A stretch of 64,000 bases of DNA from Podarcis erhardii. Lineage: Eukaryota. This document shows positions 10,901 through 25,500 of the stretch, in pieces. The stretch's first letter is position 1, and the number at the start of each line of letters is the position of its first letter. The translations under genes were made by a program, and so were the position numbers. The DNA is taken from assembly GCA_964252035.1 (NCBI GenBank), contig OZ176201.1. One strand, 5' to 3'. The notes under the pieces were generated by a model, which saw only the letters and a program-made list of their open reading frames with translations, made no database searches and was not told where the DNA came from.

Positions 10901-13900
10901 GTATGTAACCCGAGGTACCACTGTAGTTTATTCCTTCAGAATACTTCTTATCTGTCTATCAGGGTTGTCGTATTTCAAAAAAAAAATTAAATTAAAAAAA
11001 ATAATTAAACAAAATCCGAACTTCCAACAACGGTTTCCATTCATCTGGTTTTCCCCGGACTTTTCAGCAATTTCCGCCCAGACACTGCTCCCCACTGTGG
11101 TATTCTGGCTGTGTCATGGAAATTCCGGATGTATGGCAACGCTACTGTCTATTCATCATTGCTTCTTGTAGTAATCCATATACGTATCCTGCAAGGTAGG
11201 CCAGTATTCTGACTCTTATTTTACAGTTAGAAGGCTGACCCAGAGACTGAGGCTTGTTGAGTATCAGCGAGTTCATGCCAGAGATGAGATTCAGAACAAG
11301 GCATCCTGATTTGTAGCTCAGCCTCTAAGCCTCTATACTCAAACTTTTAGCATATGATGAAATCAGATAGTAATTTTTTATTTGGGCATCTGAACCCTGA
11401 ACATAAAATATCTTGCCTGTGCCTGCCCTTTACAGATACTGGGGCACTGGGAAAATTTGTCTGTGAGTCATCTCAAGAAAGCACTGTTGATCTTAACCGA
11501 AATTAACCTGTTGAGGATTAAGAGGCATAAGCAGAGCTGCAGGAGGGGAAGTCATAGCTGGAACAGCAGAGTCACACACCACACCCTCTCTCCTCCAAGA
11601 AGGGTCATGCTCTTCCGCCTTTGGAAACCTGGAGCTCAGAGGGAAATGCAAAGAGAGGTGGAAACACGCAGGAACGTTTTTTACCTTCTCAAAGTGAATG
11701 GGCTCCATAGCATTAGACATGAGGGAATTTTGCTCTTCCAGCTCTTGCCTCAGTGCTGCCAGTTCCTTCCTCAGCTCTCCCACCTCCGTCTGATCTGAAA
11801 GACACAGTTAGGGGTAGTAGGCGGGGACACAGCCCAGCAGTGGCCTGAGATGTGAGCAATGCAGGCAGAAGCATGTTATCCACTTCTGGCTTGGGTCTAC
11901 TCTGTGGGAAGCCCAAGTCTCATCTTACCCTTAGAGATCCCATTGCATTTCCTGACACTCCATTCACAGATGTGACATGGTTGGCAGACTGCTCTAAAGA
12001 AGGATGGGAAACCTGCAGCCCTCCAGATGTTGCTGTACTACAGTTCCCATCATCCTTGACCACACTGGCCAGGCTGGCTGGGGCTGATGGGAGTTGGAGT
12101 CCAACAACATCTGGAAGGCCACAGGTTCCCTGCTAGGGCCTGGTTGGAACGGTTGGGATACCTGCCCTTCAGCAAACTTCTTACCAACAGAGTCTTGTGG
12201 ATTCTGCATTTCTTGGTCAGTGAGGGGGATATGCACTCCCTGAAGTGGCTGGAAAGGTGGCAGATGCGAGCCAAAGAGGACTTGGGAAGTGACAGAATCT
12301 TCCTCACTCACACACAGCTTGTGGGTACTGGCAAAGAGGTGACTGGCAGCCAAAATGAAGGTCTTGTGGGTGGTCTAGAAAAGCAAAGAAGGTGCATCAG
12401 AGACAGCAGCACCCTTCCACACTATGGACTGTTTCCTTCTCCTGACAACCAGTAACTTGCTCTACTGGCTGCTCTTCCAGAAATGTAGACCCCTTCCAAC
12501 CTCAGCTAAGCATCCTCTTCCCTCCTACACAGTCAAAACAGCATCACAACTCATGAAAGCCGCTGCCAGATTCAGACCCAGGGGCCATATCCAACCTTGC
12601 TCTTCCACTCTACTCAAACAGACTTCCGCTTGCACAACAGAACTTCCTCTTCCTCTCCTCCGTGCTACAGCCACCACCAAAATCTGTTCCAAAGGGTTGA
12701 GGGAGCCTCCAGAGCAGATTTTGGGAGTGTGCAGAAGAAAGGAAGCAGAAATCTCACAGTAGAAGTGTATCCATGCAACACTGGATACAAGCCCAAATTG
12801 GTGGGAACAATGGTATCGGGAATCTTACATGCCAAATGTGCTGGATCCTGGGTCATTTGCAACCCACACTTCTACAGAGGAATAAGATGGGCTTGGTTCA
12901 TGGTCAGTTCACCGTTTTAAACTAGGCAGATCAATCAAATGAGAAAAACAGAGCCAACCTCCTGCTCATCAATTAGGGTGTCATGGAACATGTTGGTGCT
13001 ATTTTACACAATAAATAAGGTGAAAAACAGATAAGGGGTTTCCACCTGCTCTAGACAGCAAGAATAAAAAAGGCACTAATTTCCATTTATTGCTTTTTAT
13101 TTTCTTTTTCCCGAAAAGTTACATTCGCCCCTTTCTTTGACCATGAGACTAGGAAGTGGTGAACCTAGCTGTGTAAATGTCCCAATCTCTCCTAGATGTT
13201 CCTCACTGAGGGTGCAACCTCCATTGCATCCCAAGTTCCCCCCACTTCTCAAGCTGAGCTCCCCACTCACATGACTGCTGTCAAATTTCAGCGGTTGTGG
13301 GCATCGCTTGGGCCCTGACCAGAAAGGAAGTCCAGAGCTTGTCTCCTGGGGACAAAGACAAATGGGATCAGTCAGGAAGCAGCATCAGAGGGGGCGGGAG
13401 GAGAAGTTGTTCAAGGAAGGAAACTCTACAGGCCAAGCAAGGGCTGGGAGAGGGCCAAAAGTTTCTGCAGCCTAAAATGATGGGAACTGGAGAGAGAGAG
13501 AGAGAGGGAGGGAGGGAGGGAGGGAGGGAGGGAGGGAGGGAGACTGTGCACAGCCAAGGAAGAGAGAACAAGTCAAGGGCCAAGGAAAAAATATGTAAAC
13601 GTGCATGTTGTTGATTTTCCAGAGTTCAGACAGCAGTACTAGGTTCCTTGTGAAAGCTAACATTGGCTCACTCATATGCCAAAACCATATAATTTCGCTC
13701 CACTAAGACACCTGGGACAAAACATAACCACCAACCACAAAATTATTTCAGCCAATCATTTGTGACTAGTGCTGTCCAGTCACTGGGACTGCAAGGAGGT
13801 CAAACATCAGCCTGTGTTGTGTGCCAGGTCCAAAGGAAGGAGCCTGATTCATAATGGAGGGAGGGGAGCAACTGACTCAGTGCCCAGAGGATGTACTCTA

Positions 13901-16900
13901 GAACCCATGGCACCATCATTAAGAAGGGCCCTGCTGACCTTATATAAGAACTGTCCTAGGTTTAACAACTTGTTGCTTGAGGTGTTACACAGACTGCTTA
14001 ATCCAGCCTGACCGTCAGGCTTTCCTGGACCAGATTGCTTGCCTTTGGCCTCTCGGTTGCTGTTTCAGGAACTGACCATGCAGTTTGCCTCCGACCCACA
14101 GCCAGCCCTACCATTAGGCAGAGTGAGTAACTGTGTCTGGGCCCCAGACGTTCCTCCTGAGCCGTGACTGGAGATCAAAGCTATGAGTACCACAGGCCTG
14201 TCACATACCCAGGAAACAATCCTGCTCTTCTCAGGTGCAGTGGCGACACTACCCCATTGGCTGTGTTGAACTAAGATTCAAGTGCAGTCTAGTCATCTTC
14301 TGGTCATGGAGTGTTTATGTGATCCTCAAGCAGCAAAACGTCTTGGGCCAGCCCTGCTGTGACCATCCTGTGCCTTGCTGTGGAGCCAAAAGCTATAAGC
14401 AGCTGGTTCTTTGTGCAATTAAAGCCATTGGAGATGCTGTATGTGAACCAGGTCATATAAATGGTGGTGTGGGTCCACCTAGAAAGAGCCCAGAGTGAGA
14501 ACTACAGGTGTTGAGGCTAAGGGTGAGTAGGAATCTCCCACAGGAGGCTTAATGTTACAAGTGGCTGGAAGGCAACACCAACCAACTGAAAGATGGGCTT
14601 TGCAAAGACTACCACTTGGTCTTAATATATCTCACATTAAGCAGCTGCCAACAGAAGTCTGCTGCATTTGGTTCCAGACACCTGGATTGCAACTCTCAGA
14701 GCCAGTGCTGAGTGATTGTAACAGAGAAAGGCAAAGGAGTGCTTAGAAAAGCGCCACACTAGGAGCCAGGAAATGGCCAGGGAAAGAGGCAGGGCCCTTA
14801 CATGTTCAGGTGGGAAGTTATGCAGCAGCTGTTGGATGTCATGGGAGAAAAGGCGCTCCCAAAGTCTCCGAGCCCAGACCACGCAGTCTCTCCAGTTGCA
14901 TGGCTTCTCCTGAAAGCTGATGCGCACTGACTCCAGCATCTTGACAGCCTCCATTTCTTGGGACTCTAGGAAGCTGGGATCCCTGTGGACAACAACAGAC
15001 CTCGTTTGTGGCAGAATTTGGAAATAACAAACTACCTACTAGGAAGACTAGGAAGAATTAACAGCAGTGTTATCAATTCCATGCTTAGAAATATCTATGA
15101 TGCCTCTCCAAATGCCCAGGGCAGCTAACAGACACCAATCTGTCTGTCTTATGTCTAGAATAGTTTAAGACATAAGAAGAGCCCAGCTGGATTAGACCAA
15201 AGCCCCATCTAGTCTAGCATCTTCTTCTCATACTTGCCAACTGGCGGTTGGCTCTAGAGTCTTGGGGCAGTGAAGGTCCTTCTTTGAGAGGTATCAGAAT
15301 TCCAGCCCAGGAACCTCACCCTTGTGGATTCCCAACACAAGCAATCAGGATGGGAATGAAGTGGCCAAGTGCCTTTTGACATCAAGTAAGTTAAAAGGCA
15401 AGAGCAGGGGGCAGAGGGAGGGAAACATTTCTGAATATGTTTGTCTCATGTATTATCCCAATCATCCCCCAAGGAGCAGTGTGAATGGGGGTTATTCCAT
15501 TAACACCAGCAGATTAGGCTGAGAGGCAGGGACTGGCCCACTATGGTCACCCAGTGAATTTCATAGGGCAGCTAGGATTTCCCCCATTCAAGTCTGATAC
15601 TTTAACCATTACACCACACTGGTATAGCACACCAAAATGGCACCACTAGGAACAAGGAAAATTCCACCTGTGCTCATCATGGGACTCAGATAATGATCAA
15701 TATGTCTTCAAGGCAGCTGCAGAGCCCCCTTTTTTGAACTGAATGTATAACTAGTAATTTTATGCATGTGGAGCTCTGAGTGGGTCCTGCCACTAGGCAG
15801 TTCCACCTTCCACCCCAGATGCAGCAGCTTCTACTACAGCTCAGATGTGGGATATGAATGTGTGGTAAACTTTCCTCTACCTCACCCAGAAGACTCCTTA
15901 ACAAAATCCACTCTATTCCCTACACAGCCCACTCTAAGCTTTCCCTCCTGCCATTTATCTACCACATCACCTCAGTCAAGATTGCTCCCCATACTCACTT
16001 CAGAAATGTGTTGACGTTTTCTGCTTTTGTCTTGAAAAGACCCTCAAACTGATCTCGGGCCCACTGCAAGAGAAAAAGATGGGGGCAGGGGAGTTTTTGT
16101 CAGCAGTTACTTGGGGTCCCTTAGAACAGGGGTTAGGGACATTTTTTTCAGGCAAAAGGCAGGGCTTACTCTCAGGCAAATGGGCACTGGACTGCAGCCT
16201 CAGAGCACCTTTTCCTTCCAGTTGTTCCTTGGTTCTAAGGCAGTATACACACTCTCCTTCGGCCTGAAAGCGAGATAAGTGCCACAACCCCATAGTCACC
16301 TTTGACTGGACTTAACTGTCCAGGGGTCCTTTCCCTTTTACCTTTTTTACCTTACACACGTAACATTAAAGCACATTGAAAGCGCATTCTTTCCCTCAAA
16401 GAATTCTGGGCACTGTAGTTTACCCCTCACAGAGTTACAATTCTCAGCAATCCTTAAAAAACCACAGTGCCCATAATTCTCTGAGGGGAGGAAATATACT
16501 TCAAATGTGCTTTAAAGATATAGGTTGGAATTCAATACCACACTGTGATGAATGTCTTGTCAGTGCAGGTACTGCAGTTCTCTTCCCATTATGCGAAGTT
16601 CTGGAGGTTCTCCTGACCCCCCCACCCCAGAGCCAATCATGGTGGGCACCAAGAGGAAAGGAAGGCCCTGTGGTGCAAGTGGAAGCCCTTGAGCAGGGCT
16701 TGTGCTGCAGGGCTACAGTGCAGTCTAGGAACTCTGGTGCCATTCCCTAAAACTGAACTCCTGCCCCTGTTGCTCCTCAGGGTCCTGATGCTACATAACA
16801 GGCCCAGCCAGACAGCCTCCCCATCAGGATCTCCTGCTCCATGGAGTGAAGGAAGCAGGGGCATGCAAAGGCACCAGGGCAGTGTGAGATAAAAAGAGAG

Positions 16901-19494
16901 AGAGGTCTGTCTGGCCCTGCCACAGAAAAAGGAGAAGCAGCTGAAGCTCTGCAAAGGGCGAAGGATTTTGGCCTGGCTTCTGGGCGAAACAGCTGGACCC
17001 CATATCCTGCCGTCAACGCTGTTAACAGCCCTGGCCCTCATGCAGCTGCCTGGAAAGAGTAAATGAAGCCAAGGGGCCAGGCAAGGAGTGAAGAGGAGCT
17101 TGGCAGCTGAGAGTTTTCCCTCTTTAGGCATGGACCAACTGGAGAGAAAGGCAGGAGAGGGGTCTCTTTGGCAGCAGCAGGCACTGCAGAGTGGATCTGC
17201 GGCTGAAAGAATAAGTAACAATATTTGAGGAGGCCAGGGAAAAGCCAGCCTCCTGCCCCCCCACCTGTAGTGTGTGCTGGATGGTGCTGGGGAAGTGGCG
17301 CAGGGTGCAGAGAGGATACTGCGTCTCTTCCTCCTCCTGAGCTTGGCCAAAGGACTCTGTCAGAAAGGGCACAAAGACCTGGACGTGCCCACGGGTGCCT
17401 TCCGTTCCGGAATCAAGCAGAGGCTTGAGGTACTGCACACACCTTTGGCACAAGTATTTTCCTGCAGGAGGTAAGGGGAAGAAAGAGAGGAGGTAGACGG
17501 GACACAAGATCCTTTGCAGTGCCCTACCTTCTTCATCTGACACACACACAAATAAGCAAACACCAGCAATTTCCTGTCAGAATTCTCTGACATCCCTACT
17601 CAGGGAGAAATGGCAGCTGACACACACACACAAATGGTGGAAAAGAGCTGGACAAATTTCTGCAAAGTGGACTTCTTTTTCTGATTGGGTGGAGAGAGGG
17701 AGGGAGGGAAAATAAAAGAGAAATCTCAATATATTATTTTCTTCAAAAAATGTATCCCAAGACATTTTGGTCCAGCTCTACAAAGAGCCTCTGTCACTCA
17801 AATACACTCTTCTGTCTGTATGGTCTGCTGGCTCCATTTTTGTAGATGCCAAGCCATTCCAGTCTCCTCAGCACATACAAAGCCTCCATTTTTTATAAAT
17901 GTGCAAAGCAGGAGATAATGGCTCAGTGTGTGTTTGGTGGTCTGTGGCTTGAACCCCAACAGGGTATTATGACCGTTAATTAATGACGGTGACACTTGCA
18001 AGTTCTTTAGCACATACCCTCCAACATTTCTCCGATGAAAATCGGGACACATCCTAAGGAAAAGCGGGACATTCCAGGATCAAATCAGAAAATGGGATGG
18101 CTTCTGTTAACCCAGCACTGTCCTTGGAAAATAGGGACACTTGGAGGGTCTGTTATCAGTGTTCGCATGCTATTAAAAGCACACAAAGCTATTTCAATCA
18201 TCCTTACAACGATCCTGTGTGGTAGGCCAGGATTATCACAGCACAGATGAAGGTGATGAAGCAGAGAGACTGTGGTTTGCCTAAGGCCAGCCAGGGATGT
18301 TCACAGCTGATTCAAGATCTGACTTGGGGACTTCCCTGCTCTACACAGCAAGAGAGCTTTCCTGTTTATCAGCACTGTGTATATTTTGTGGGCCTGCATT
18401 TGCAAGACACTTCAAAGACTCTGGACTTTGGATTTGGTCTGGGATGCCTCTGGCAGTTTCGGCAAGAAGTGAGAGCAGCTCTGTTTATTATGCAGGCCTT
18501 CTAGCTCCTTGACTTAGCCAGCCCTGCCTCACATACCCATAGGGGAACGGCCACAGCTACTTCGCATGCAGAAGGACCCAGGTTCAATTCCTGCCCTCTT
18601 CCAAGTCTTGCTGGACAAGAGCTGCTTCCTGAAACCATGGAGAGTTGCTGCTACATAGTCAGTAGAGAGGCAATGCTGATCTGGGTGGGCCAACAGCCTG
18701 ACTCTAGCTTCCTAGGTTCACCTCCCCTTTAATATCTATCAGCAAGATACACAATGCAGTCAACCACAAAGGAACATGGGATCTCTTCCCCCAGCAATGG
18801 ATCAACTTTCTGTGTAAGAAGCACCAGGTGGCTGGCCCACAGCAGCAGCAGGTCCATCTAGTCTGGATCCGGTTAGAGGGCAGCCCACAACGCTCACAGG
18901 TGTCAATCTCTCAACATCTGTTCCTTTTTTAAAAAAAAAAATGCTTGTTTTCTGTCTGCCAGTTCATAGGATAAAGCTTGAAAAATGTGTGCAGCAGGTT
19001 ATGTTAATGATTCATTAGCTGACGTGTCCATGAGCAAAGTGACCAGGAGACAAAAAGTTGAGAGTCTTCTGTGTCCACCTATACAACTCCCTGTCCTTGC
19101 CTTTATCATGATGACCTCCAGCTTATGTATGCCTGCCCTGCACACATACTGCCTTTGCCTGCAGCTTCCCGCCATCCCTTCTGCGCTACACTCTAGGCCA
19201 GCCTGCAAAAACTGTCAACATCCTGTGAGAAAACAACAGTACTAGAATTTTTATACATTATTTCCCTGTTCCCCCACCCACAAGGAAATCACAGTGTGGA
19301 ACAGAGGCTATGGCTACAACCCTATACCCACTTACTAGGCAATTCAAGGGGCTTACCTCCGAGTAAATGCACAAATGATTGCACTGTGAATCAAGGTTTC
19401 TGATTTAAATGTCATCTGAGCTCACTGCATGACCTTAAGCTAGTCTGCCTCAGTCTTCCATTTCCAATATGGGGGTAATAAAAAATTACTAACA

Positions 19495-19534
<40 letters not shown>

Positions 19535-22500
19535 TACAAAAACTGGCCTACTTTGCAGGGCTGTTGTAAGCAAACATAATGTCTGTGTGGTGCTTTCAAT
19601 ACTTGAAAGTAGTTAGGAAAATGCTAAGTCAGTGATTAATCATATAAAATAAGCACTTTCAAAGAAGCCTGCGTAACGTAATTCATTCTGAGCATGGAAT
19701 GCTTATTACAGGGAGCTGGTGGCTACAACACAGGCATTCTGTATGAAACACTCACTGGCTTGCAAACTGTCCAGGGCACTGGCAACGCCATCCAAGCCAA
19801 GGAAGAAGTCATCCCCATAGAAGTGCTCTGTGTCTGGTCCAACCTGGTTCTGCTGTGCTGATACATTGATGTGGCGGTTCATGAGTTTTACGGCAGCTGC
19901 TGCCACTTCTGACTTCTGCTTCTACAGGAACAAAGGGAATATTACTAGGGAGATCCAGGGTAGAAAGAAGTTGGTTATTGCCTGGGTTCATTGGCCAGGG
20001 GCACTTGTTAGAGAGTGAAGTCAGAACCCACCCTCTCCCCTGTAACATTACAAATAGGTTTGTGAATATTCTCGCGTCTGCTGAGATTTATTCCTTCGGC
20101 AAACTGTCCCCAGCACCGCCTCACCCAAACCTCTTTTCCACCATATTCGCTGCAAGACTTACTGACACATCCCCTGGTCGAAAGAGGAACTGCCTGTTGA
20201 GGTTGGAATATTCAATGGTATCCATGTCCGTCACAGTGATGCTCCCACCCTCGCTAGCAGCCAAGCCAATCATGGCAAAATTCTTCAGGAGCTCACAGCC
20301 AATGGCACCAGCTCCCACCTGAGGAAATTGTAATAAGATTGGTTGAAGGCCCATGGCACTCTGAGCCAAGATGACCTCAGTGACTCAAGTGACAGGGGAA
20401 AGGGGACACAAGGAGATACCTCTTCAAGTTACATGTGGCTGGTTCAGATACAGTGGTACCTCGGGTTAAGTACTTAATTCGTTCCGGAGGTCCATTCTTA
20501 ACCTGAAACTGTTCTTAACCTGAAGCACCACTTTAGCTAATGGGGCCTCCTGCTGCTGCCGTGCCGCCGGAGCAGGATTTCTGTTCTCATCCTGAAGCAA
20601 AGTTCTTAACCTGAAGCACTATTTCTGGGTTAGCGGAGTCTGTAACCTGAAGCGTATGTAACCTGAAGCATATGTAGCCCGAGGTACCACTGTATAACGT
20701 TTTGCTCCACATGGGTGCTGTTGGGCTGGTTGCCATGCAGGAAAAACACATAGGAATCAGGGCACTCCCTGATGACCCATTTATTTACCTGTTTATTGAG
20801 CATTCATCTTGGTTTGTTGGCCAGGGGATTGGCTGACATTGGCAATTTAACAAACATTCACTCTGATTTGTTTATAGGGAGGTTAGGTGTCAAGCATTAT
20901 TCCCAGGGCATTCCCCCATTGGTTTCCAAATTCAGATCTTTTGGGGAAGTGGGTTTGTTATGCAAGCCCTCCCAATCGACTCTCATTGCATCAACCTGAA
21001 TTTGCTGGTACGTGATTCAATCCCACCCCAAATTAGTCTGGAAGCCCCCTAAGTTATGCACAACTTCAAAATACACACATTATTATTTTTATTATTATTA
21101 TTATTTTTAGGGAAAGGCTAGACATGAAATTCCAATAGCCTTTCCCCCAAGGAATTCCTTGTTGGTTTTCAGTTCTGACAAAAAGTTTTCTATATGACTG
21201 TGTATTTGTCACATCGAAGGAAACCTTATGTTCAATGAGGCCTGAAAACAGATGGAACATTTGCACTTCTCTCAGAGAATGCATTATAATTACAGAGGCT
21301 GGAATAGGCATTTGCAACAGCACCCGAGAACTGTTGTAGAATCTGAAACAGTTTACTAACGCAGTTCCAAAGCATGGATGCTCACTTTATAAGAAATGAC
21401 AAACTGAACAATCTCCCTCAGGGTCCTTTCCAACTCTACAGGTCTATGATTCTATGAGTCTAAGTGAACCTCTGGCCACAATTTCTACAACAGATGTTCA
21501 TTAGCCAAAACATGTCAAGGCAAGGGAAAATATTTGACTTCGAAATACATTTTGACTCCATCTGGCATTCTGTACCAAGTCTTAATTTTGCTACAAAACA
21601 AGAACTAGAAAGAAAACCCACAATCTCATTAGATCCATGTGCCAATTCTTCCTATGTTTGTAACATAGAGAGAACAATACAAGGCCTTCAAACAAGAAAA
21701 AGGAGTAAAACAAGGATGTAACATCAACCCAACCCTCTTTTATCTTATAAATCAACTATCTACCAGCTCTTTTTGAAACTGTTGTGAAGTGCAGGATTAC
21801 CAGAACATGACTCAGCGGCACACTGCCTGATATTTACTGGTGACCTCACCATGCTCTTACCTTTATAAAAGTTAACTGCATGCTACAATGGTTCTATTTA
21901 TCTATCTCTATCTATCTATCTCACAAAATTGATACCCCACTTGATTGTAAAAAACCTCAAAGCAGTTTACAAAAAGATATACATGGGATGCACAGATGAG
22001 TTTGGCAGGGCAGGAGGACCAAATTCCACCTTTCACCAAAGGTAGCAATAAATCAATCATAATACAGAAATGCATTCTGCGGGTGTAAATCATACATGGC
22101 CTAATAGCAAACATATTATGAAACTTTAGGGATGGTTTTCTAAGAATTTTGGGTAAGAAAGAATACTGAGAATTTTAATCTAGTCAGAGTTTATGCACTA
22201 CAGTGGTACCTCGGGTTACAGACGCTTCAGGCTACAGATGCTTCAGGTTACAGACCCCGCTAACCCAGAAATAGTACCTCGGGTTAAGAACTTTGCTTCA
22301 GGATGAGAATAGAAATTGTGCTCCAGCAGCAGCGGGAGGCTCCATTAGCTAAAGTGGTACCTCAGCTTAAGAACAGTTTCAGATTAAGAACAGATCTCCA
22401 GAACGAATTAAGTTCTTAACCCGAGGTACCACTGTAATTACATATATTGAAGGGTGTTTTTATCTGCACCATAATTTCTGGATTCTGCACCCAGAAGACT

Positions 22501-25500
22501 CCAATTCTATGGTGAAAGCGTAATAAACAAATCAAGAATGGTTACGCAAAGTGGAGTATTTTATATATACAGAGAGAATGTGCATTCTTCATTCTTATTC
22601 TGATGGTTGAGTTGAGCTAGAAAGAGGCATGTGGGCTGGAGACGTTCCACCTCCTAAAAACACAGGAGCTTTCTTCAGATCCTACCTGCCTCTTTTTAAA
22701 TATTCCCTTCGAGCCACAGAAGTTTGAACCCATGTCCACCATTTTATTTTCCTTTCCTTTTTCCTTTCCTTTTTCCTTTCCTTTCCTTTCCTTTCCTTTC
22801 CTGGGTCAAGATTCTCAGGGATGCATGGCAGAGTTGCCCACTTTTTCCTAGACATTCAGGTCTACAGAAAGTGGCCTCTCGGAATACAGCTCTTAGTGAC
22901 CGTTGCTATAATTGTTCGCACTATAATCCAATGGTATAATAAACAACTGGGAATCCACCTTTAACAATTGACTCTGCTAACTGGGACAAAATCCCTGCAT
23001 TGGCTGTTATCTAGCAAATGTTATGTTTACAAAGAAACTTCAGTAACAGCTGCAGAACAAATCTAGGTCAGCTACTCATCATACAAAAATCGTTCTTCTA
23101 GCTAGTGTCATCGCTCAAACTAAAGGAGTCAACACTCCCTCTACTGGAAAACACTGGAAAAATAAGCACTACAGTTAAGTGAAAAAGTCAACCAACTCTC
23201 ATCAGTGGCTGGATTAAGGGGGGTGGCTTGCATGTGAGACCAGTGCCCCTCATGTGGGCAAGTATTTGGCAGTATCCACACAATGTTGTTGACATCAAAA
23301 GGCCAGCCTATATTTCCCTACCACCATCTCCTCCATTTAATTCAGATTTACCCTTTCTACAGAAAATCTGATACACTAAAAAAAACCTCTGTTGCCAACA
23401 ACCCATTTGCAATATTCAACAACGCGTTTTCAGTATTAAACCCTAGTCCAAAATACGTAATCCAAATGCAATCTTAAATGTCAGGGTCATTAGGAAGAAC
23501 TACATATGTCAAAACTTTATTATGTTTACACGTCACCTTTCCTCCAATTTTATCAAGGTGGCACATGTCTTTCTTCACCAATTTAACCCTTGCAACATCC
23601 CTGGGACGTAGGTTAGGCTGAGAGACCTTGTGGCGGAGAGTTACATACATTCATGATGCCTTGTGTGGGAAGAACCTGGCTTCACCCAGCCTGCCCCAAC
23701 TCACCACAAAGTATTTCAGCTTCCCAAGCCATTCCTGGAAGGTATTCCCAAAGACAGCAATCTGCCCATCATAGCGGCTGCCACGCTGTCAAAAGGGAGA
23801 GATGACAGACATTAGAGACCCAGCAGGTGACAGATGGAGAGCAACACAATCCCTGTAGGATGGCCCTATACCCATTCTAACAGATTTAGAATTTGGGCAC
23901 TGCGTGGGTGTTGAATCAAGTAGGAGAGAGGGCGGCCTATATGTCAGGAATGTAGAGCCTGCAGCTTCCCATCAGCCCTAGCCAGCTCCAGTAAAGAGAG
24001 ATCAGCATGAGAAAGGGCATGTAGATGCACTGCCAGAAGGTTTGTCCATGTTTGAGCATTACTGAGCTATTAATCTACTTTTTCCACACTTGAATTGGAT
24101 CAGAGTACCCCCACACGTCCACATATTTATTTGAATTTGGATATGAGGAGAAACTTCTGTCTTTTCCAGTCATTCCCTTTTCTATTTATTGCTGCCTTCT
24201 AATTTGTTGATTCAATTATGCCAATCAAGCAATACAAGGCATACACACAGGTAGCTGCACACACACCTTCCCCGCCCAAGAAATGTGCAAAAGCACCCTT
24301 TCAGGCAAGCATAAATTCTCAGTACACACTTCTGCCGTTTTCTGCTTTTGTGTAAATCTGAGGGCTCAAAAGGGCGGGAAATACCACTGTTCAGAAGCAT
24401 GCTGGAAATAGCACGGCCAGAAAAGAAATGAAAGCATGGAGGAGTTAGTGGGTTTTGAAAGAGGAGCAGCAAAGAGAACTGATCCATTCGTCCACAAACA
24501 CCAAAGCGAACAATCTGCAACCCTGATTGGAGAGGTCTGGAACACAATTTTCCTCAGTTTAATCAGATTATCTCCAAATCAAAAAAACTTGAATTTGTAG
24601 GGGAAAGCATTATGATTGGTGCTGTTTGAGGGTAACATCATGCGGACTACACAAATTAAATAGGAACAAAAACAGCTCTAAACACACAGTAAACTCCTTT
24701 GTGGAAAAGTCTGGAATGCCTTGGAAGAGGCAGAAAAAGAGCTGTGATTCCATCCTATCTCTAACGGAAAAGTACAAACTGCAGAATCTGTCACATACTG
24801 GAGCACAGTCTTCCTCAGTCAGCTGCACAATATTTTCCTCTTCAGGCAGACATTCATAAGCATCGAAGTACAGCCACTGGTCCAAAGGAGTGAACTTCCC
24901 TGAGGCAGCCTGCAGACAGTGAAAAAAAGGAGGAAACTGCTCAGCCCTTCCTATAACTGTAGGTTTGGGTTTGAGAAGCAGCCTCTCTTAATGAACACAG
25001 AAAACTCATGAAACATACTGTTCAAATTTTCCTGCTTTCCTCCTCTGGAGGGGGCTCCTGTGCTTTAACAGCTGCACGTCAGGCCAAAATTCAACAGGTA
25101 ATGCTTCTCATGATCTCATCTACGTGTCAGGAAAAGCTGCACATTTCTGTTTTCTATGTTTTGCACCACTGTTTAAGGCACAAGAGCATTGCTGTGGTAA
25201 GGAGATGGTAACTTGTCATTCTACACCACTCTAGTCATGTTGGCAGCTGCCCTGTTGGGCTCCCAGACGTCCTGGAAGCTGACAGAATGACCTATCTCTG
25301 CAGCAAAGACAAGCTGAAAAACATGTATGAAAACTACAACGGAAATTCTAAAAACAGGTATTGCTCCAATTATATCCGAGGCATTTCTTCTCCCCACCCC
25401 CATTATATTTTGGATCCATTCAATACAAAACACACATGCGCAGAACATAGTTGAAAGTATGGAACTCGCTCCCACTAGAAGCAATTGTGGCCACCAGTTT

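Noticed and set aside
10682-10923. Regularly spaced TAACCTGAAG repeats suggesting a CRISPR-like array
   Set aside because: Internal subrepeats of a MITE in a vertebrate intron; no unique spacers and no cas genes.
16637-17350. 237-aa minus ORF overlapping UBA7 exon 14 in another frame
   Set aside because: TTG start, runs into intron sequence, no recognisable domain.
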